Sequence record: MK047718.1
Direction: 5' to 3' (one strand)
Length of the DNA: 64,000 nucleotides
DNA from: Escherichia phage p000y
The notes beneath the pieces are model-generated. The model saw only the letters and a list, made by a program, of their open reading frames with translations, searched no databases and was not told where the DNA came from. Below, one piece after another: positions 1-11,886 of the stretch. Positions within the stretch are counted from its first letter, which is position 1, and the number at the start of each line of letters is the position of its first letter. Made by a program: the position numbers and the translations under genes.

Positions 1-514
1 CATATGTTGGCAACACATGACGTTGGTTATCTAAATATGTCACCTGAAGTTTATTACCTTCGGATGGATGGTCTTTATAAGAAGAAATAGCGATTTGATT
101 AGCAATGGCTTCTTGTAAAGCTATACGAACTTGTGCAGTTAATTCGTTATCAGTCATACCTATTGTTGCTTTAACAGCAAGTCCAAATACGTTAATAACG
201 ACCGGCGTTCCAGGGGCCAAAGTATCGTCGAGAACATCACCAGAAAAAGTCCAATAATCAACTTGTGCTGTACCTTCAGGCGATATGCCTGAAGTGTTTG
301 TGACAACAGTACCAATATCAGCTCGTGCCATATTATGGACATCATTTATTGCAGATTCTACGTTAGCATCATAAAAACCGCGAGCTAACTGAGAAATAGT
401 CACGGAACCTACAGCTTGGTTGTTTAAAACATCAATTTGAGCTGGATTTTTTCTGTAATTCAAAAAATCGGCATGACGGGAAATAACTCCCGCCTTTGTA
501 TTAAGTACAGTCAT
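1..514 (-). CDS. 11: baseplate wedge subunit / short-tail-fiber attachment protein gp11, partial (C-terminus runs off window start)
   Basis: Minus-strand frame open from ATG at 514-512 (ATGA overlap with gene 10 stop) to position 1; translation [13 protein letters not shown]... resembles T4 gp11; synteny next to gene 10. Confidence 0.85.
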   Translation of the reverse strand, partial: MTVLNTKAGVISRHADFLNYRKNPAQIDVLNNQAVGSVTISQLARGFYDANVESAINDVHNMARADIGTVVTNTSGISPEGTAQVDYWTFSGDVLDDTLAPGTPVVINVFGLAVKATIGMTDNELTAQVRIALQEAIANQIAISSYKDHPSEGNKLQVTYLDNQRHVLPTY

Positions 515-2319
515 TATGCAATCCTTACCCAACGGTATACAGTTATAGATGGCTGAATATTAGTTATAGAACGCGCTGGAACATGAGATCCATTAGTCTT
601 TGCATGGTCTTCACGATATTTAGTGTAAATAGGACCTTCTTCATCCGGGTCATATTGGCAACCGCCTATAATTACTGTACCATTATCATCAGAAATAAGA
701 ACCTTTTCATCGGTTTGTGTAGCCGGTAAATCAGCATTTTCTAATGTGATGGTTGTTACACCAACGGTACCACCTGCGGTATGAGTAGGGTTACCATTGA
801 CGTCAAGGTCATTATTATTTAATGCAAAATTAGGATCGGATGCGTCGTCATTCCAACCTGCTAATACTTTGCCTTGCCCCCAAATTTTCCATGAACCAAA
901 ACCTAAATAAGTGGCCGGATTATTAGGGTTAACAGCATTTTCGTAAATAGTCCCAACAGGATAAATTGTGTCAAATATTGCTGAGATAGTCGAGAATTCA
1001 CGTTCATACTTAGGAACAGGTTCTACATTAGGCCATCCAATTTTATCGAAATCTGTTAATGCAACGTCACCAGTAATTTCAATGTTAGACCCTTGAGAAA
1101 CATATTTCTCATCAGCGACATCAAGAATTTCTTCCATTTCAAGAAGAGTTCCTAAATCGTTATTAAACCATGTTATGGTAATAATGTCTTGGTCTTCAAA
1201 TTGACGGTCAAACAGAATTGCGCTAGGGATATTATCAGTATATTCAATCGCATAATCTGTATACGATTGAGTCCATGTCCCACCGAGATTAGCGCATGAC
1301 TCTTCAGAATCAGCATCCACACCTTCACAACGGAAAATAGGAGTTCCAACAGTACCCGCTAATTCTTGGAGAATACCATTGAAGCGAACTTCTAATGAAT
1401 TCGGGTTAGGTGGTTCTGTAGGATTAATACCAAATGCTGTAAATGGAATAGACCGGAACGTACTCAAATCAGTGACGTAAATACTTCCGTCAATAGACTT
1501 TTTAGCAGTCAATTTACTATCTAAAATGCGAACTTGGCGACGAGTATATGAACTACGCCACTGAGAAACACCATCTAGGAATGTCTCAATTTGTACAGTG
1601 TCCCCAACATTACATGGTTGGCGTAATCTAATATTAAATCCATCAAGTGCAACCAGTTCACCAGGATTAGCGCCTGGGGAACCAAAATCACTATTATCAC
1701 TGAATACATCACCATAATACAATTCGTTGCCACGATGTTTTACGCGAATGTTGTTAACGTTATAAGAGGTACCGTTAAAAACATCCATGAAATCGGTCTG
1801 ACCTTGGGTTTCAACCAGATATTCTCTACGAGCAACATTACTAATGTCAGAGCTAACTATTTTATCAATTTGTTTGTTCTTGATGTATTCCCAACGTCCA
1901 GGAGCACAATAAACTAATTCTAAATCAGAGAACTGAACGTTAATTTCTACCGGAGATGAAGAACCTTTAATCGTGTCCCCGTTTGCCGGAATTAAAGTAA
2001 CAGGGTTAATGTTCCAAGTTGCAAATACGTCACGAGCACGAATAACTTTATTATAGTCTGCAATTGTCCCTTTAGGAAGATTTACCGAAACCCGTCCAGA
2101 AGTAGTATTAATTGCATAAGATTTACCCCAAGCGGCCTTAAGATTAAGACCATCAGCCGCATCATAGGTCTTCCATGCACCAGCGGCATAAGGAACTTCA
2201 CCGTCACCTAATTCATAATAGATTTCGTCAAAGTTCTCATTTATCTTTTCACCACCTCGACGAAGGTAATCGCCTTGTCCGTCATCAACGACGTTACCAA
2301 TTTTAATATTTTGTTTCAT
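514..2319 (-). CDS. 10: baseplate wedge subunit and tail pin gp10
   Basis: 601-aa ORF; size and position as T4 gp10 (602 aa); start overlaps gene 9 stop. Confidence 0.9.
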   Translation of the reverse strand: MKQNIKIGNVVDDGQGDYLRRGGEKINENFDEIYYELGDGEVPYAAGAWKTYDAADGLNLKAAWGKSYAINTTSGRVSVNLPKGTIADYNKVIRARDVFATWNINPVTLIPANGDTIKGSSSPVEINVQFSDLELVYCAPGRWEYIKNKQIDKIVSSDISNVARREYLVETQGQTDFMDVFNGTSYNVNNIRVKHRGNELYYGDVFSDNSDFGSPGANPGELVALDGFNIRLRQPCNVGDTVQIETFLDGVSQWRSSYTRRQVRILDSKLTAKKSIDGSIYVTDLSTFRSIPFTAFGINPTEPPNPNSLEVRFNGILQELAGTVGTPIFRCEGVDADSEESCANLGGTWTQSYTDYAIEYTDNIPSAILFDRQFEDQDIITITWFNNDLGTLLEMEEILDVADEKYVSQGSNIEITGDVALTDFDKIGWPNVEPVPKYEREFSTISAIFDTIYPVGTIYENAVNPNNPATYLGFGSWKIWGQGKVLAGWNDDASDPNFALNNNDLDVNGNPTHTAGGTVGVTTITLENADLPATQTDEKVLISDDNGTVIIGGCQYDPDEEGPIYTKYREDHAKTNGSHVPARSITNIQPSITVYRWVRIA

Positions 2320-3191
2320 TATTGAGCGACCCCAATTTTCTGAGTTGAGATAATTTTAACTGCTGAACGTAATCCAATAATATCGGATGTAATCGTCATA
2401 GTAGCAAAGTTGTTAATAATACTAAAGCTAATATTAGCAATCTCGTCGGTTTCATCTACATTACCAACTCGCATTACTGCAAATTCGGTAGAAAGAACTT
2501 CTGAGTTAATTGTATCTATTAGAATATTTATTTCGCATGTTTTTATTTTTCTACCATCAGCGGATTGACATGTAACAAGCAATTTAGCCATGTTATAATC
2601 CGTGCGATAAAACAGAGGAATAGAAACTGTGTTTCCTGTAAGACTCCAAGTCCCATCAACAGGAGATTCTTTCTGTCCAAACATGCTATCAGTAGAATAA
2701 TTCCATACTGAAGTTGGCCCGTTAAGTTCAACACAACGAAGAACAACATGAGTATAAGGGGTGGAAATAACAAGATTATTAAGAACACCTTTAATTGAAC
2801 CGTCAGTTACTTGGATACTTAAAGGATTGTTAACAGAAATAGACCCATTAGAGTTTATGAATTCTACAGAGTCACCTAATTCAGGACGGTCAATAATAAC
2901 AATCACACCACCATCAGAAGCATCAATATCATGCATAGTGCCTGGTTTAATAGGAGTTTGATAATCGGCCGCCTTTCCTTTTTGATAATAACCTGTGGCA
3001 TGAATAGTTTGACCTGTAGGTCCGGTTCCATCTGCTACGGCCATTTTACGTTGATCGCCAAATGCATTGTAAATAGCGTTGATATCGTCATTTATTTTAT
3101 TACCACCGTCGAATAAGATATCACCTGTTGAGGCATTACCAATTTCGCCGGTATCGATTAATTGTTTAGGAGTTTGCTTAAAAAATGCCAT
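2319..3191 (-). CDS. 9: baseplate wedge / long tail fiber connector gp9
   Basis: 290-aa ORF; T4 gp9 is 288 aa; synteny between genes 8 and 10; own late promoter upstream. Confidence 0.88.
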   Translation of the reverse strand: MAFFKQTPKQLIDTGEIGNASTGDILFDGGNKINDDINAIYNAFGDQRKMAVADGTGPTGQTIHATGYYQKGKAADYQTPIKPGTMHDIDASDGGVIVIIDRPELGDSVEFINSNGSISVNNPLSIQVTDGSIKGVLNNLVISTPYTHVVLRCVELNGPTSVWNYSTDSMFGQKESPVDGTWSLTGNTVSIPLFYRTDYNMAKLLVTCQSADGRKIKTCEINILIDTINSEVLSTEFAVMRVGNVDETDEIANISFSIINNFATMTITSDIIGLRSAVKIISTQKIGVAQ

Positions 3192-3223
3192 AATTCTGCC
3201 TTTTGTTGTCCGATATTATATTC

Positions 3224-3231
3224 TATTTATA
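3224..3231 (-). promoter_or_regulatory. T4-type late promoter TATAAATA (minus strand) for gene 9
   Basis: Plus-strand TATTTATA at 3224-3231 = TATAAATA on minus strand, about 33 nt upstream of gene 9 ATG. Confidence 0.65.
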
Positions 3232-3235
3232 GATA

Positions 3236-3260
3236 CAAAAATGGGAGCCCGAAGGCTCCC
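3236..3260 (-). terminator. rho-independent terminator after gene 8
   Basis: GC-rich hairpin GGGAGCC-ttcg-GGCTCCC followed by T-run on minus strand, between gene 8 stop and gene 9 promoter. Confidence 0.6.
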
Positions 3261-3263
3261 TAA

Positions 3264-4268
3264 TTAAAACATAAACAAAATGTTAATTTCTTCTGTTTGG
3301 TCCATTGCCATAATAACAGGTGGTCGGTTTTCCATATAAATCATTTCACCTGAATGACGTTGCAGGTCTCTAGGGTCGTAATAATCCTTTTCTGCTTTAA
3401 CATTAGGGTCATTTGGATTTTTCTTAGCTTCTAATGGGTTTGCGATAATTGATATCTGTCTAAAACCCTTGTTACCAGGCAAAGCTGCCTCAGGGAAATA
3501 AACAGAATCAAAATATGCTTTAAACCGCATCGTATTGGCTTTAACACGGTAAATCAAACCGTAGTCATCTTGTTGCCAAGTTAAGTTATTTTCATATCCC
3601 CAACGGGTGGGGTCTTCTTTAATTTCTTCCGGCCATGGAACTACAAGATATTCATTAGTGCAACGGTTAATTGACACATCGGCAGGAATCTCATAAAGAT
3701 ATTCCCAAATGTATCCATCACCGGTTTCGATAACCCCATTAGCATCGCCTCTACCTTCAGGAGGAGACATAGAACGAACAGACGGGGTCCATTTACCACC
3801 CAATTTAAGACATTCATCTTTATTATCTAAAGATTCTATTGAACAGAGCCCTACGTCAGGGACATCTAAACAACGGTAAATTAACCAACCGGCTCCAACT
3901 TCTGTCGCGTTGTACGGAGCAGTATTACATGCGACTATATCGTTAATTCTAAACGTGTAAGGGTCTGGATATCGCACATCTCCCCAATCACGTCTAGGAA
4001 TAACAGAATCTAACATTGAAGGTAAAACTTTAACGGTACCCATCATATGGGTCCACATATCAGTAACACCAAGAACAGAATCTGTAGGATAAGGTGGGGC
4101 GAAGCCCACCTCATTTTCATTTGACGCCCAAGGCTCTGAACGTCCAAACGTAATATAAATGGAGTTCTTATCATCTCCATCCCCAACTGAATTATAAAAA
4201 TTCAGCATTTTCTCTGTTCTAAATTTTGATGTAACTATTGCACGATAGATAACACTTGAATCATTCAT
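3264..4268 (-). CDS. 8: baseplate wedge subunit gp8
   Basis: 334-aa ORF, identical length to T4 gp8; synteny. Confidence 0.9.
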   Translation of the reverse strand: MNDSSVIYRAIVTSKFRTEKMLNFYNSVGDGDDKNSIYITFGRSEPWASNENEVGFAPPYPTDSVLGVTDMWTHMMGTVKVLPSMLDSVIPRRDWGDVRYPDPYTFRINDIVACNTAPYNATEVGAGWLIYRCLDVPDVGLCSIESLDNKDECLKLGGKWTPSVRSMSPPEGRGDANGVIETGDGYIWEYLYEIPADVSINRCTNEYLVVPWPEEIKEDPTRWGYENNLTWQQDDYGLIYRVKANTMRFKAYFDSVYFPEAALPGNKGFRQISIIANPLEAKKNPNDPNVKAEKDYYDPRDLQRHSGEMIYMENRPPVIMAMDQTEEINILFMF

Positions 4269-7200
4269 CTAATTTAACCTGTGGTGGATTCACGGGGTCT
4301 CTTGGATTTCCTACATTATCGATTAACCGTTGTTCAACCAAATCTCTAAATCTAGAGAATGTTGTTCCGGACGCATCAAATAATGGGCTCATCAGTTTAC
4401 GTCGTTCCGATGGAAGTTGACCTTGAAATATGGAGTTATTGTTTTCAGCGTTATAATCTTCAGGCAATGGATAATCTTGTCCAGCCATAGGGCCTATTTC
4501 ATATATCGCTTTACCTGTAATAGGGTCAAACTCAACATTTCCTTGTGGGTCTAATTTAGCCACTCGGTCTGCATATTTAGTCGGTAATCCAGAATCCCAC
4601 TTATAGTTTTTGTATTTATTAATAATAGTTTCAACATGTTTAAGTGTTAATCCGGTGTTAATAAACATTGTGAGAAGGGTAATTGCGATAAATCCAAATC
4701 CAACCGGATGAACAAAACGTAATACGTCTGATTTCCAACGAGATGATGGAAGTTTAGATTTAATCTTCATTACGTAGTATGCTCTACCACGATTTATGTA
4801 ATCGATGTTGTTCTGAGAAAGCTCTTTACCTTTAATACCACGAACAATTTCACCTTCAAAACCCGGGAGTCTTTCAGCTTTAACTTCCTGTCCTTGGATT
4901 AAACGACCTAAGAGGTTGTGAATTGTTACAGTCCATTGTAATTTACCTTTAGAGTAACTTCTCTCGATATACGTCACATTACAACGTCCTGTCGCGGTGT
5001 ATATGGTTTGTCCGACCAAATCTTCTGTCAACGAATCAGATTCAATGATGATATCATATTCGGTCCCGGAACTAGATTCAATTTCAATTTCAACATCTTC
5101 GTTATAAAGCACTTTAAACAAGAATTTATATGATGCTTCAGTTCCTTTAGTTGAATAGAAGTCATAACTTCTTGATTCAAAGAAACGAGACACTAAGTCG
5201 CGTTTTTCGGCGTTTAAGTAAATGTTTCGTTTATAAATCTCAGACCATAAATATTCCCACGCATGTTCTTCTCGCGGATATTGATTTTTAATAAGATTTA
5301 AAAGGTTGTTATAATGGGTCCCATAACCGTCAGAAAGATACTGAATATAAGCCTCGCAGAATGCTTCGAAGTTTGTATTATCTAAAAGATAAGACTCCGG
5401 CATCATTGTAGTGAGCAATGGTCGTAAATCTGGGTCTGCAATACCGTCCTCTTCTACAGGAGTCCATGTGGTATCTTTTTCTTGGTTTTGTAATGATGCT
5501 GTTAAGAATATATTAGTAGGCTTCCAAATTATAGAAACATTATCTCTAACACGATAACTAAAATCATAATAAGAAATAATCTCACCCGATGCTTTATAGA
5601 AAATCATGCCGGACGCATATTTTTTAAATCCGGTGAAATCTACGTTAGGCATCACTATTGTACAGTCACCGTCCTTCCAATATTCATGAACTTCACGGTC
5701 TAAAGAACTAAGTGGACGATTCTCAATAACTTTAGTGTAAAGTAAATCAGAATAAATTACAACGGCCTTGTCTGAGTTATTAATCCAACATCGAGTACCA
5801 GACTTTCTAGAATAACTAAAGAATGGCTCAGCATAGTATTCCATCGGTTGAGGAGTGAACGATTCCCATTGAGAGTCTTCAGTTGAAATAAATGCCATCA
5901 TATGATAATGTTTATCAGCCAACCATTCGCGAGGATACTCATATTTAACAGCACCGATTAAACCGTACTTGATTTGTGTTTTTGGGTCATCAACAATATC
6001 CGATTCTAGAAATTTAAAATTACTAGATGAAATAGATAACTCAACACCATCAGTAGACATACTGGTGTACCCAGGTTCAATACGACGGCGTTCTTCTTCA
6101 GTATTACCAAACACACGTTTAAATGTGCCAGCATCATGGTCTAGAACGTAAACGCCCTTATCAGCAGAATCAACAATAGGAGTGGTCCTCGGGTCGTCAT
6201 TAAGATTAACAACTTCGCCGATAATCAGTGCAAATATTTTACCGCCAACAGAATCCATTTTATAGCAAACTGCCTTAGGGTTACCTGTGATGTTAAATGT
6301 TTCTTGTTCAAACAAACGTTCGGAATATGTCGGAGATAACGGGTCTGAATCAATAGGGGCATTACTAGTTTTAATAAAACGAACTTTATCTCGAGCAGCA
6401 ACGTATACATAATCGTCGTTGCAAACGATAGCTTCTGCAATACGTGATACGTTAGCAGGTAATGATGCGTAGTTACCAAATATTTCTACATCAAATCCTA
6501 AATTTAACTGGTCACCAATTTTAGCAAATGTTATATCTTGAGAACTAAATCTCACATCATCAGCAGACCAACGAACGTCAGTTGATTTACGGCCGTAAAA
6601 TAATTTATCATACCCAAGAACATACGTGGTATAACCTGTCTGGTAATACACTGTTCTTGATACAGGGTACCCTACACGGTCATTAAACAATTTAACCGAT
6701 TTCCAGGTTTGTCCCTTATCATTAGAGACTTTAACCACAGGCTGATACCGTTCAAACAAATAAAGAATTCCTTCAGATTCCATCAAATAAACACGGTTTA
6801 TATCATGACACACCTGTTGAATCGAACCTTGAATTTCATGATACTCATTTTCGCCAATAATGAAATTTTTAATAGATGAAATATCCGCATAAGCAGGGCT
6901 AAATTGGAACGATTCATTCATTAGAGCTGCCATTATAGTGTCGTTATTAAAATCGACATAAGCCGTGTTGTTATTTGTAAATTTTTCTCTAATAAAAGTG
7001 TTAGCCAATTGCATTTCAATCATATGTTGAAATGTATACGCGTTAGTCTGAAATGATTCAAATATTTCGGTGTATACCCAATCGGATCTCTCGAAGCCTT
7101 CAGCGGCAGTTGATACACGAATAATATAAGAAGTTAATGGGTCTAAGCTACTTTCGAACCAGTTGCTATTAGGAGTATATCCTAAATTTATCCATCTGTA

Positions 7201-7359
7201 GCTGGCAGGAGGAATTATTTCCCCGTCTGCCGTTTTAGTCTCAGCGATTTCTACGAAATAGTAGAAATTAGCACCAACGTCATCCCAGCGTATTTGAACT
7301 TGGTTAGCGGACAACTTGGATATTCTGAGACTTGTGACTGCTGGCGCTTTTACTGTCAT
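4261..7359 (-). CDS. 7: baseplate wedge initiator gp7
   Basis: 1032-aa ORF, identical length to T4 gp7; synteny. Confidence 0.92.
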   Translation of the reverse strand: MTVKAPAVTSLRISKLSANQVQIRWDDVGANFYYFVEIAETKTADGEIIPPASYRWINLGYTPNSNWFESSLDPLTSYIIRVSTAAEGFERSDWVYTEIFESFQTNAYTFQHMIEMQLANTFIREKFTNNNTAYVDFNNDTIMAALMNESFQFSPAYADISSIKNFIIGENEYHEIQGSIQQVCHDINRVYLMESEGILYLFERYQPVVKVSNDKGQTWKSVKLFNDRVGYPVSRTVYYQTGYTTYVLGYDKLFYGRKSTDVRWSADDVRFSSQDITFAKIGDQLNLGFDVEIFGNYASLPANVSRIAEAIVCNDDYVYVAARDKVRFIKTSNAPIDSDPLSPTYSERLFEQETFNITGNPKAVCYKMDSVGGKIFALIIGEVVNLNDDPRTTPIVDSADKGVYVLDHDAGTFKRVFGNTEEERRRIEPGYTSMSTDGVELSISSSNFKFLESDIVDDPKTQIKYGLIGAVKYEYPREWLADKHYHMMAFISTEDSQWESFTPQPMEYYAEPFFSYSRKSGTRCWINNSDKAVVIYSDLLYTKVIENRPLSSLDREVHEYWKDGDCTIVMPNVDFTGFKKYASGMIFYKASGEIISYYDFSYRVRDNVSIIWKPTNIFLTASLQNQEKDTTWTPVEEDGIADPDLRPLLTTMMPESYLLDNTNFEAFCEAYIQYLSDGYGTHYNNLLNLIKNQYPREEHAWEYLWSEIYKRNIYLNAEKRDLVSRFFESRSYDFYSTKGTEASYKFLFKVLYNEDVEIEIESSSGTEYDIIIESDSLTEDLVGQTIYTATGRCNVTYIERSYSKGKLQWTVTIHNLLGRLIQGQEVKAERLPGFEGEIVRGIKGKELSQNNIDYINRGRAYYVMKIKSKLPSSRWKSDVLRFVHPVGFGFIAITLLTMFINTGLTLKHVETIINKYKNYKWDSGLPTKYADRVAKLDPQGNVEFDPITGKAIYEIGPMAGQDYPLPEDYNAENNNSIFQGQLPSERRKLMSPLFDASGTTFSRFRDLVEQRLIDNVGNPRDPVNPPQVKLDE

Positions 7360-9329
7360 TGTGAAATAGGCTCCAAATCTATAGTTAAGTACTGAGGACG
7401 TAAGTCATTTTCGAATACGATTAACGAACCATCCTTTGTAAAAATAATATCATCTGCAGGGTCGGAATAAAGTTCAATTGTTTGAACTTCAAAACGGTCT
7501 GAAGTGAGGTCAATTTTAGCAATGTTCCAATAAATCGAATCGGCAGGATAATTCACTTCACCAATTGAATAGTATTTGTTTCGTCCGTCAGTAACAGTAA
7601 GTTTATTAAAATCATTACCTGTATAAGGTTGTATATTTTCGTTTTCAACAACATCACCGTCTGCAAATGGACCAATAATAACTTGACCTATGCCACGGTC
7701 ATTACGGTCAGAAGATACTATGCGAACACCGTATTTAATAGTTTCGTTTGCATTTTCTGGATTAGGTCTGTGCGAATCAAACGAGAATATATTAGATTCC
7801 ATCGATCTATCTTTAATCTGATTATTGTATTTAATACCGGCCTCAGGCGTTTTATAGAAGTTTTGTACTTCGCGAACCATTTGAATAGTAGCTGAAGAAC
7901 CAATAATAGAAATATCTGCATCATCGACATAAGTTAGCATTTTAGATTTTGCAAACGATGAGTTAAAAATTTCTACATCTTCAATATAATATCGGTCAAT
8001 TTTATTAATAATTTGCCCTTCAAGATATTGTTCTGATTCTTGGAGTTTATTCAACGCGTATGTAACTTTGATATTCATTTTGATAAACAAATAATCAGGC
8101 GAAATAACAACAGGTGTAATAGTCCCTAAGTTATAATCATTCAAATAGTTTTTGATATCATCGCGTTGGACAGAAGTCAAATACAATCCAGATTTAGGCT
8201 TAGCAGCAATATATGCGTACCCTGGTTTAGATGAATCTGTGAATGTTTGAACCGCTTGAATAATAGAACCAAACCGCTCAGAGACGAATGTGTCATAGTC
8301 GGAAGCGGTTACACAACGTTGTTGAGTTTCGCGTTTAATTGTGCCTAATTCTCTAATACGTTCAATATCTTCAGGGTCACCACCACCGTCGGCCCCAACA
8401 AAGTCTGGGTTATTGCTAGGGTTCTCGTTAATATCGATTACCGTGATATTAGCTAATGTATCAGCATAAGAAAATCCTACAGCACCGTTAGCATCTGCGC
8501 CATTAGTAGAAATATACTCAATTACGATTTTAGAACCCTGAACAGGTTTAAGGCCACCAATATAGTTAGATGTTAACGCACCTTCTGATGTGTTAATAGA
8601 GATTTCGCCTTCACCAAAATAAAATTCAGTGTTCCCATCAACTGTTTCACGCATATAATAGATTGTTGACGTAGAACCAGCGTGAACCATCGACTTACGA
8701 GTCCAGTTAATCCATTCTGCTCCGTCAACATACAACTTAACCAAATTACGGTCAATATTCTTATCACGAATAATGATAGGTTTTAATCTATCAAATGTTA
8801 ATTCAGTGCGAACAATACGTCCTTGAGCTAATCGAAGACGTGGAAAATATTGGTTATTTTTGTCTTTAACTACAATGACATCTTCAGTAGAAACAAAGTT
8901 ATACGGGTTAACAGAAGTATCTTTAGCGTATGCTAAGAAACGAGTGCCACGTGGAATGGTGATATAGTTTCTATTTAGTGCATCCGTACATGTGAGCATA
9001 ATTTCTGTTTGTGCTGCTGATTTAGATGAAGGCAGATATCCGTTATCTTGAGCCGCTTGTACAACAGAACTACGCAAGTTTGCAGTACGCATAAAACTTT
9101 CATACACTGCACTATTACTGAACTGTTGGATGTAAAGAGTGTTATATGCTAAAAGGTCGCACAATACGTTTAAGCGTGAACCTTCAAAATCATAATCAAG
9201 AAATTCATTCTGTCCATTGAGCCATTCAATAATGTTCTGTTTGATTTCGGCAAATGTGCCCCCGATAAAAATCTCGGGAATAGCATTCGCTGTTCGGGTT
9301 AATTGATAATTTACAGGAGTGTTTGCCAT
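7356..9329 (-). CDS. 6: baseplate wedge subunit gp6
   Basis: Track ORF 7356..9386; start moved to ATG at 9329 (MANTPVNY..., GGA Shine-Dalgarno, 657 aa; T4 gp6 is 660 aa). Confidence 0.88.
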   Translation of the reverse strand: MANTPVNYQLTRTANAIPEIFIGGTFAEIKQNIIEWLNGQNEFLDYDFEGSRLNVLCDLLAYNTLYIQQFSNSAVYESFMRTANLRSSVVQAAQDNGYLPSSKSAAQTEIMLTCTDALNRNYITIPRGTRFLAYAKDTSVNPYNFVSTEDVIVVKDKNNQYFPRLRLAQGRIVRTELTFDRLKPIIIRDKNIDRNLVKLYVDGAEWINWTRKSMVHAGSTSTIYYMRETVDGNTEFYFGEGEISINTSEGALTSNYIGGLKPVQGSKIVIEYISTNGADANGAVGFSYADTLANITVIDINENPSNNPDFVGADGGGDPEDIERIRELGTIKRETQQRCVTASDYDTFVSERFGSIIQAVQTFTDSSKPGYAYIAAKPKSGLYLTSVQRDDIKNYLNDYNLGTITPVVISPDYLFIKMNIKVTYALNKLQESEQYLEGQIINKIDRYYIEDVEIFNSSFAKSKMLTYVDDADISIIGSSATIQMVREVQNFYKTPEAGIKYNNQIKDRSMESNIFSFDSHRPNPENANETIKYGVRIVSSDRNDRGIGQVIIGPFADGDVVENENIQPYTGNDFNKLTVTDGRNKYYSIGEVNYPADSIYWNIAKIDLTSDRFEVQTIELYSDPADDIIFTKDGSLIVFENDLRPQYLTIDLEPISQ

Positions 9330-9337
9330 TTTAATTC

Positions 9338-9631
9338 CTATTTTATAAAGACTTTTGACGAGGCCTGAGAAACAGTATCCCCGCATGAAATTGGGTCAGC
9401 CATTTGAACGGCCTTTTTACCGGTGACGTATACTTTAGATGTACGAGGTTCAGTAACACCTCCATGAGTCTCGTATGGTTTTTTAATTTCTGTATGAGGT
9501 GTTATTTGGTCTCCTGCCACAAGAACAGGAATACCGCCGGTGAACACTTTAGATTGGGAAGCATTTATTACAGTAGGAGGCCATGCTTCATGACCTGCTG
9601 TAACGCACTTGTCGTAACTTAAGCCAGACAT
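9338..9631 (-). CDS. 5.4: PAAR-repeat spike-tip protein gp5.4
   Basis: Track ORF 9338..9685; start at internal [17 protein letters not shown] gives 97 aa as in T4 gp5.4. Confidence 0.85.
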   Translation of the reverse strand: MSGLSYDKCVTAGHEAWPPTVINASQSKVFTGGIPVLVAGDQITPHTEIKKPYETHGGVTEPRTSKVYVTGKKAVQMADPISCGDTVSQASSKVFIK

Positions 9632-9633
9632 TT

Positions 9634-10149
9634 TCACGGCCTCATATAAACATAGTTTCGTAATTGTTGTGCCCATTTGCTCCAATTTCCTACTATAGTT
9701 TTTGTATAAACCTTAGTAAGAGTTTTTTGTACTGGAGCCGGTGGAGGTTCTGCACCAGAGTCACTTCTAGAACCGCCTGATGAACTTTCTTCTTGGTAGT
9801 TATAAATCATTTCAACCGTATAACTAAACACTTTACGAAGATTCTGAGGAGCTCTCCACAAATATAACTGTGTGGATTCATCTTTTGGTAAATCATCCCA
9901 TGAAGATGCGGTTTCAAAATCATCATTTAATCGGTATTTCAATGCATCCGAAGAAAAGCTAAACACACTTTCATATGTCCCATATAAACGATTACCATCT
10001 ACCGTAATGCCTTGTGTCGGTTCATAATCTGTTATATTTATTGACACTAAAGTTTCGGTTGTTTCTAACTGTGGAGTAAAAAGGACGTCAATAGACGCCC
10101 CTTCCATGTCTTCTCCTAAGTCGGTATTTAAAGGAAGTATTTGTGCCAT
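9634..10149 (-). CDS. 5.1: gp5.1-like protein
   Basis: 171-aa ORF between gene 5 and 5.4; synteny with T4 5.1. Confidence 0.75.
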   Translation of the reverse strand: MAQILPLNTDLGEDMEGASIDVLFTPQLETTETLVSINITDYEPTQGITVDGNRLYGTYESVFSFSSDALKYRLNDDFETASSWDDLPKDESTQLYLWRAPQNLRKVFSYTVEMIYNYQEESSSGGSRSDSGAEPPPAPVQKTLTKVYTKTIVGNWSKWAQQLRNYVYMRP

Positions 10150-10152
10150 ATA

Positions 10153-11886
10153 TTACCCAATATCAATACGAGATCCATCAACAGTGTATTGTCCTGAAGC
10201 TACTGAGCTCATTGTAGACATTGTTTCTGCCCAATCACCGGCAACAGTCATATCAACATTACCATTAACAGTCCATTTAACGTTCCCGTTTACGGTGTAA
10301 TCATGATTCCCTTCGACCTGAGTTTTAGCATCACCTTTAACAAGAATATCTGCATTTCCGTCAACAACTATTTTGATATTACCCTTAACGTAAAGAGTTC
10401 CATCGCCTTCAACAGTTTTAGATTGGTTACCACGAATAAAGATTGTGTCATTGCCGTCTATTTGATGGAGGCGGTCTGCCATGTTATAATATATTTCATT
10501 AGCACCAACGTTAACAAGCTTATCGCCAGAAATCAAGAAGTTCCCATCGCCATTAGTGATGTCAAAAAGGTCTTCTACAGTTTTACGAGTACGACGCCCA
10601 GACGGAGAAACTTCCTCATATGACCCTGTTGGATGAACTAAGCGATAACGTTCATTACCTGGAGTGTCGTCAAATTCTTGGATATGACCACTTTCTGTTT
10701 CCATAGCATGAACGTATGGATACTCACCACGATAACTTGATTCAGGTTCTTTAAAAAGGATGCGTGAATCTAATGGAACAGGAGGACCAGCCGGGTCTTC
10801 TGGATCGGCATTTCTAGTAACTAAATCGGCACCAACTCCTGGTGAAGGCGGTGTTTTAACAGGAACGCCATATGATTCCATGTTACCGGTTAAAATAATT
10901 GTTGTTACACGTGAAGCACGCCCTTTAGTCTGTTGGAACCATAATGAATCGCGTCCAGATTTGTATGCGGTTTTCCAATCACCATCGGCCATTGCTTTAA
11001 GCATAGTATTGAATTTTGCTACACCACCAACGCCCATCTGGAAGCACATGTTTTCTAATGCCATTTGGCGAGATCTGTTCATTTTAGCGTAAACAGGACC
11101 TACTTTAGAATTAGAACGAATGTCTTTCTGCATCTTAGCAAGGTCTTTCTCAAATAACGCTGTTGCTTCTTCTAATGTAATAGTTCCGGGATTTCCTGTT
11201 ACTTCACGCCCTACTTGATCGGATAACAATTTATTAATTCGAGACATATCTCGGGTCTTTTCCATTACGATAAGGTGTCCAATACCTACTGTAGGATACC
11301 CGAGATGGTCCCAATACACTTTATCACGAAGTCCTTCGTCACGACGTAACATTTCTGTTATTGTAAAATTAGGGTCATCATCTTCTGGAATATTTGCTAA
11401 ATCTGTATCATCCGGGTTTATACCATAATCCAAGTTGTTATCTTGAATTACGTTAGAGTTCGAATAATAGCCAGCTTCACCACCTTGGTTTAATACGTTC
11501 GTATCATTACCTAAACGTCGTGGATACTGGCCAGTCGGGTCTGAAAAACCTTCAAGTCTATTAGGCTTTTCACGTACAATCCCGCCGTATGTACCAAGTA
11601 CAATCCCGTTTGTTTTCCATTTGTCTAAGAAATGACCATATACTCGAGTTCCTTCAACAGGACCTGTAACAGAACCACCAATACCTGACATTGATGCGGA
11701 CGTAATAGGTTGAATAACAGTCATCCATGGAAGTTTTTCTGTAGGAATACCTTGTACATCACCTTGTGCTCTCTGTGCTGGATGAAGACCAACGACTCGA
11801 ACTCGAACTCGCCCTTGTTTTAATGGGTCCATTCTGTCCTCGACAACACCCACGAACCAATTAAGGCTACTGCTAATCATTTCCAT
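10153..11886 (-). CDS. 5: baseplate hub subunit and tail lysozyme gp5 (cell-puncturing device)
   Basis: 577 aa; N-term MEMISSSLNWFVGVVEDRMDP..., central T4-lysozyme-like segment (DEGLRDKVYWDHLGYPTVGIGHLI), C-terminal VxGxxxxxV beta-helix repeats. Confidence 0.95.
   Translation of the reverse strand: MEMISSSLNWFVGVVEDRMDPLKQGRVRVRVVGLHPAQRAQGDVQGIPTEKLPWMTVIQPITSASMSGIGGSVTGPVEGTRVYGHFLDKWKTNGIVLGTYGGIVREKPNRLEGFSDPTGQYPRRLGNDTNVLNQGGEAGYYSNSNVIQDNNLDYGINPDDTDLANIPEDDDPNFTITEMLRRDEGLRDKVYWDHLGYPTVGIGHLIVMEKTRDMSRINKLLSDQVGREVTGNPGTITLEEATALFEKDLAKMQKDIRSNSKVGPVYAKMNRSRQMALENMCFQMGVGGVAKFNTMLKAMADGDWKTAYKSGRDSLWFQQTKGRASRVTTIILTGNMESYGVPVKTPPSPGVGADLVTRNADPEDPAGPPVPLDSRILFKEPESSYRGEYPYVHAMETESGHIQEFDDTPGNERYRLVHPTGSYEEVSPSGRRTRKTVEDLFDITNGDGNFLISGDKLVNVGANEIYYNMADRLHQIDGNDTIFIRGNQSKTVEGDGTLYVKGNIKIVVDGNADILVKGDAKTQVEGNHDYTVNGNVKWTVNGNVDMTVAGDWAETMSTMSSVASGQYTVDGSRIDIG

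Noticed and set aside
160-345. 61-aa minus-strand ORF near the window start
   Set aside because: Lies in a different frame inside the gene 11 coding region, whose frame is open and T4-like across the whole segment.
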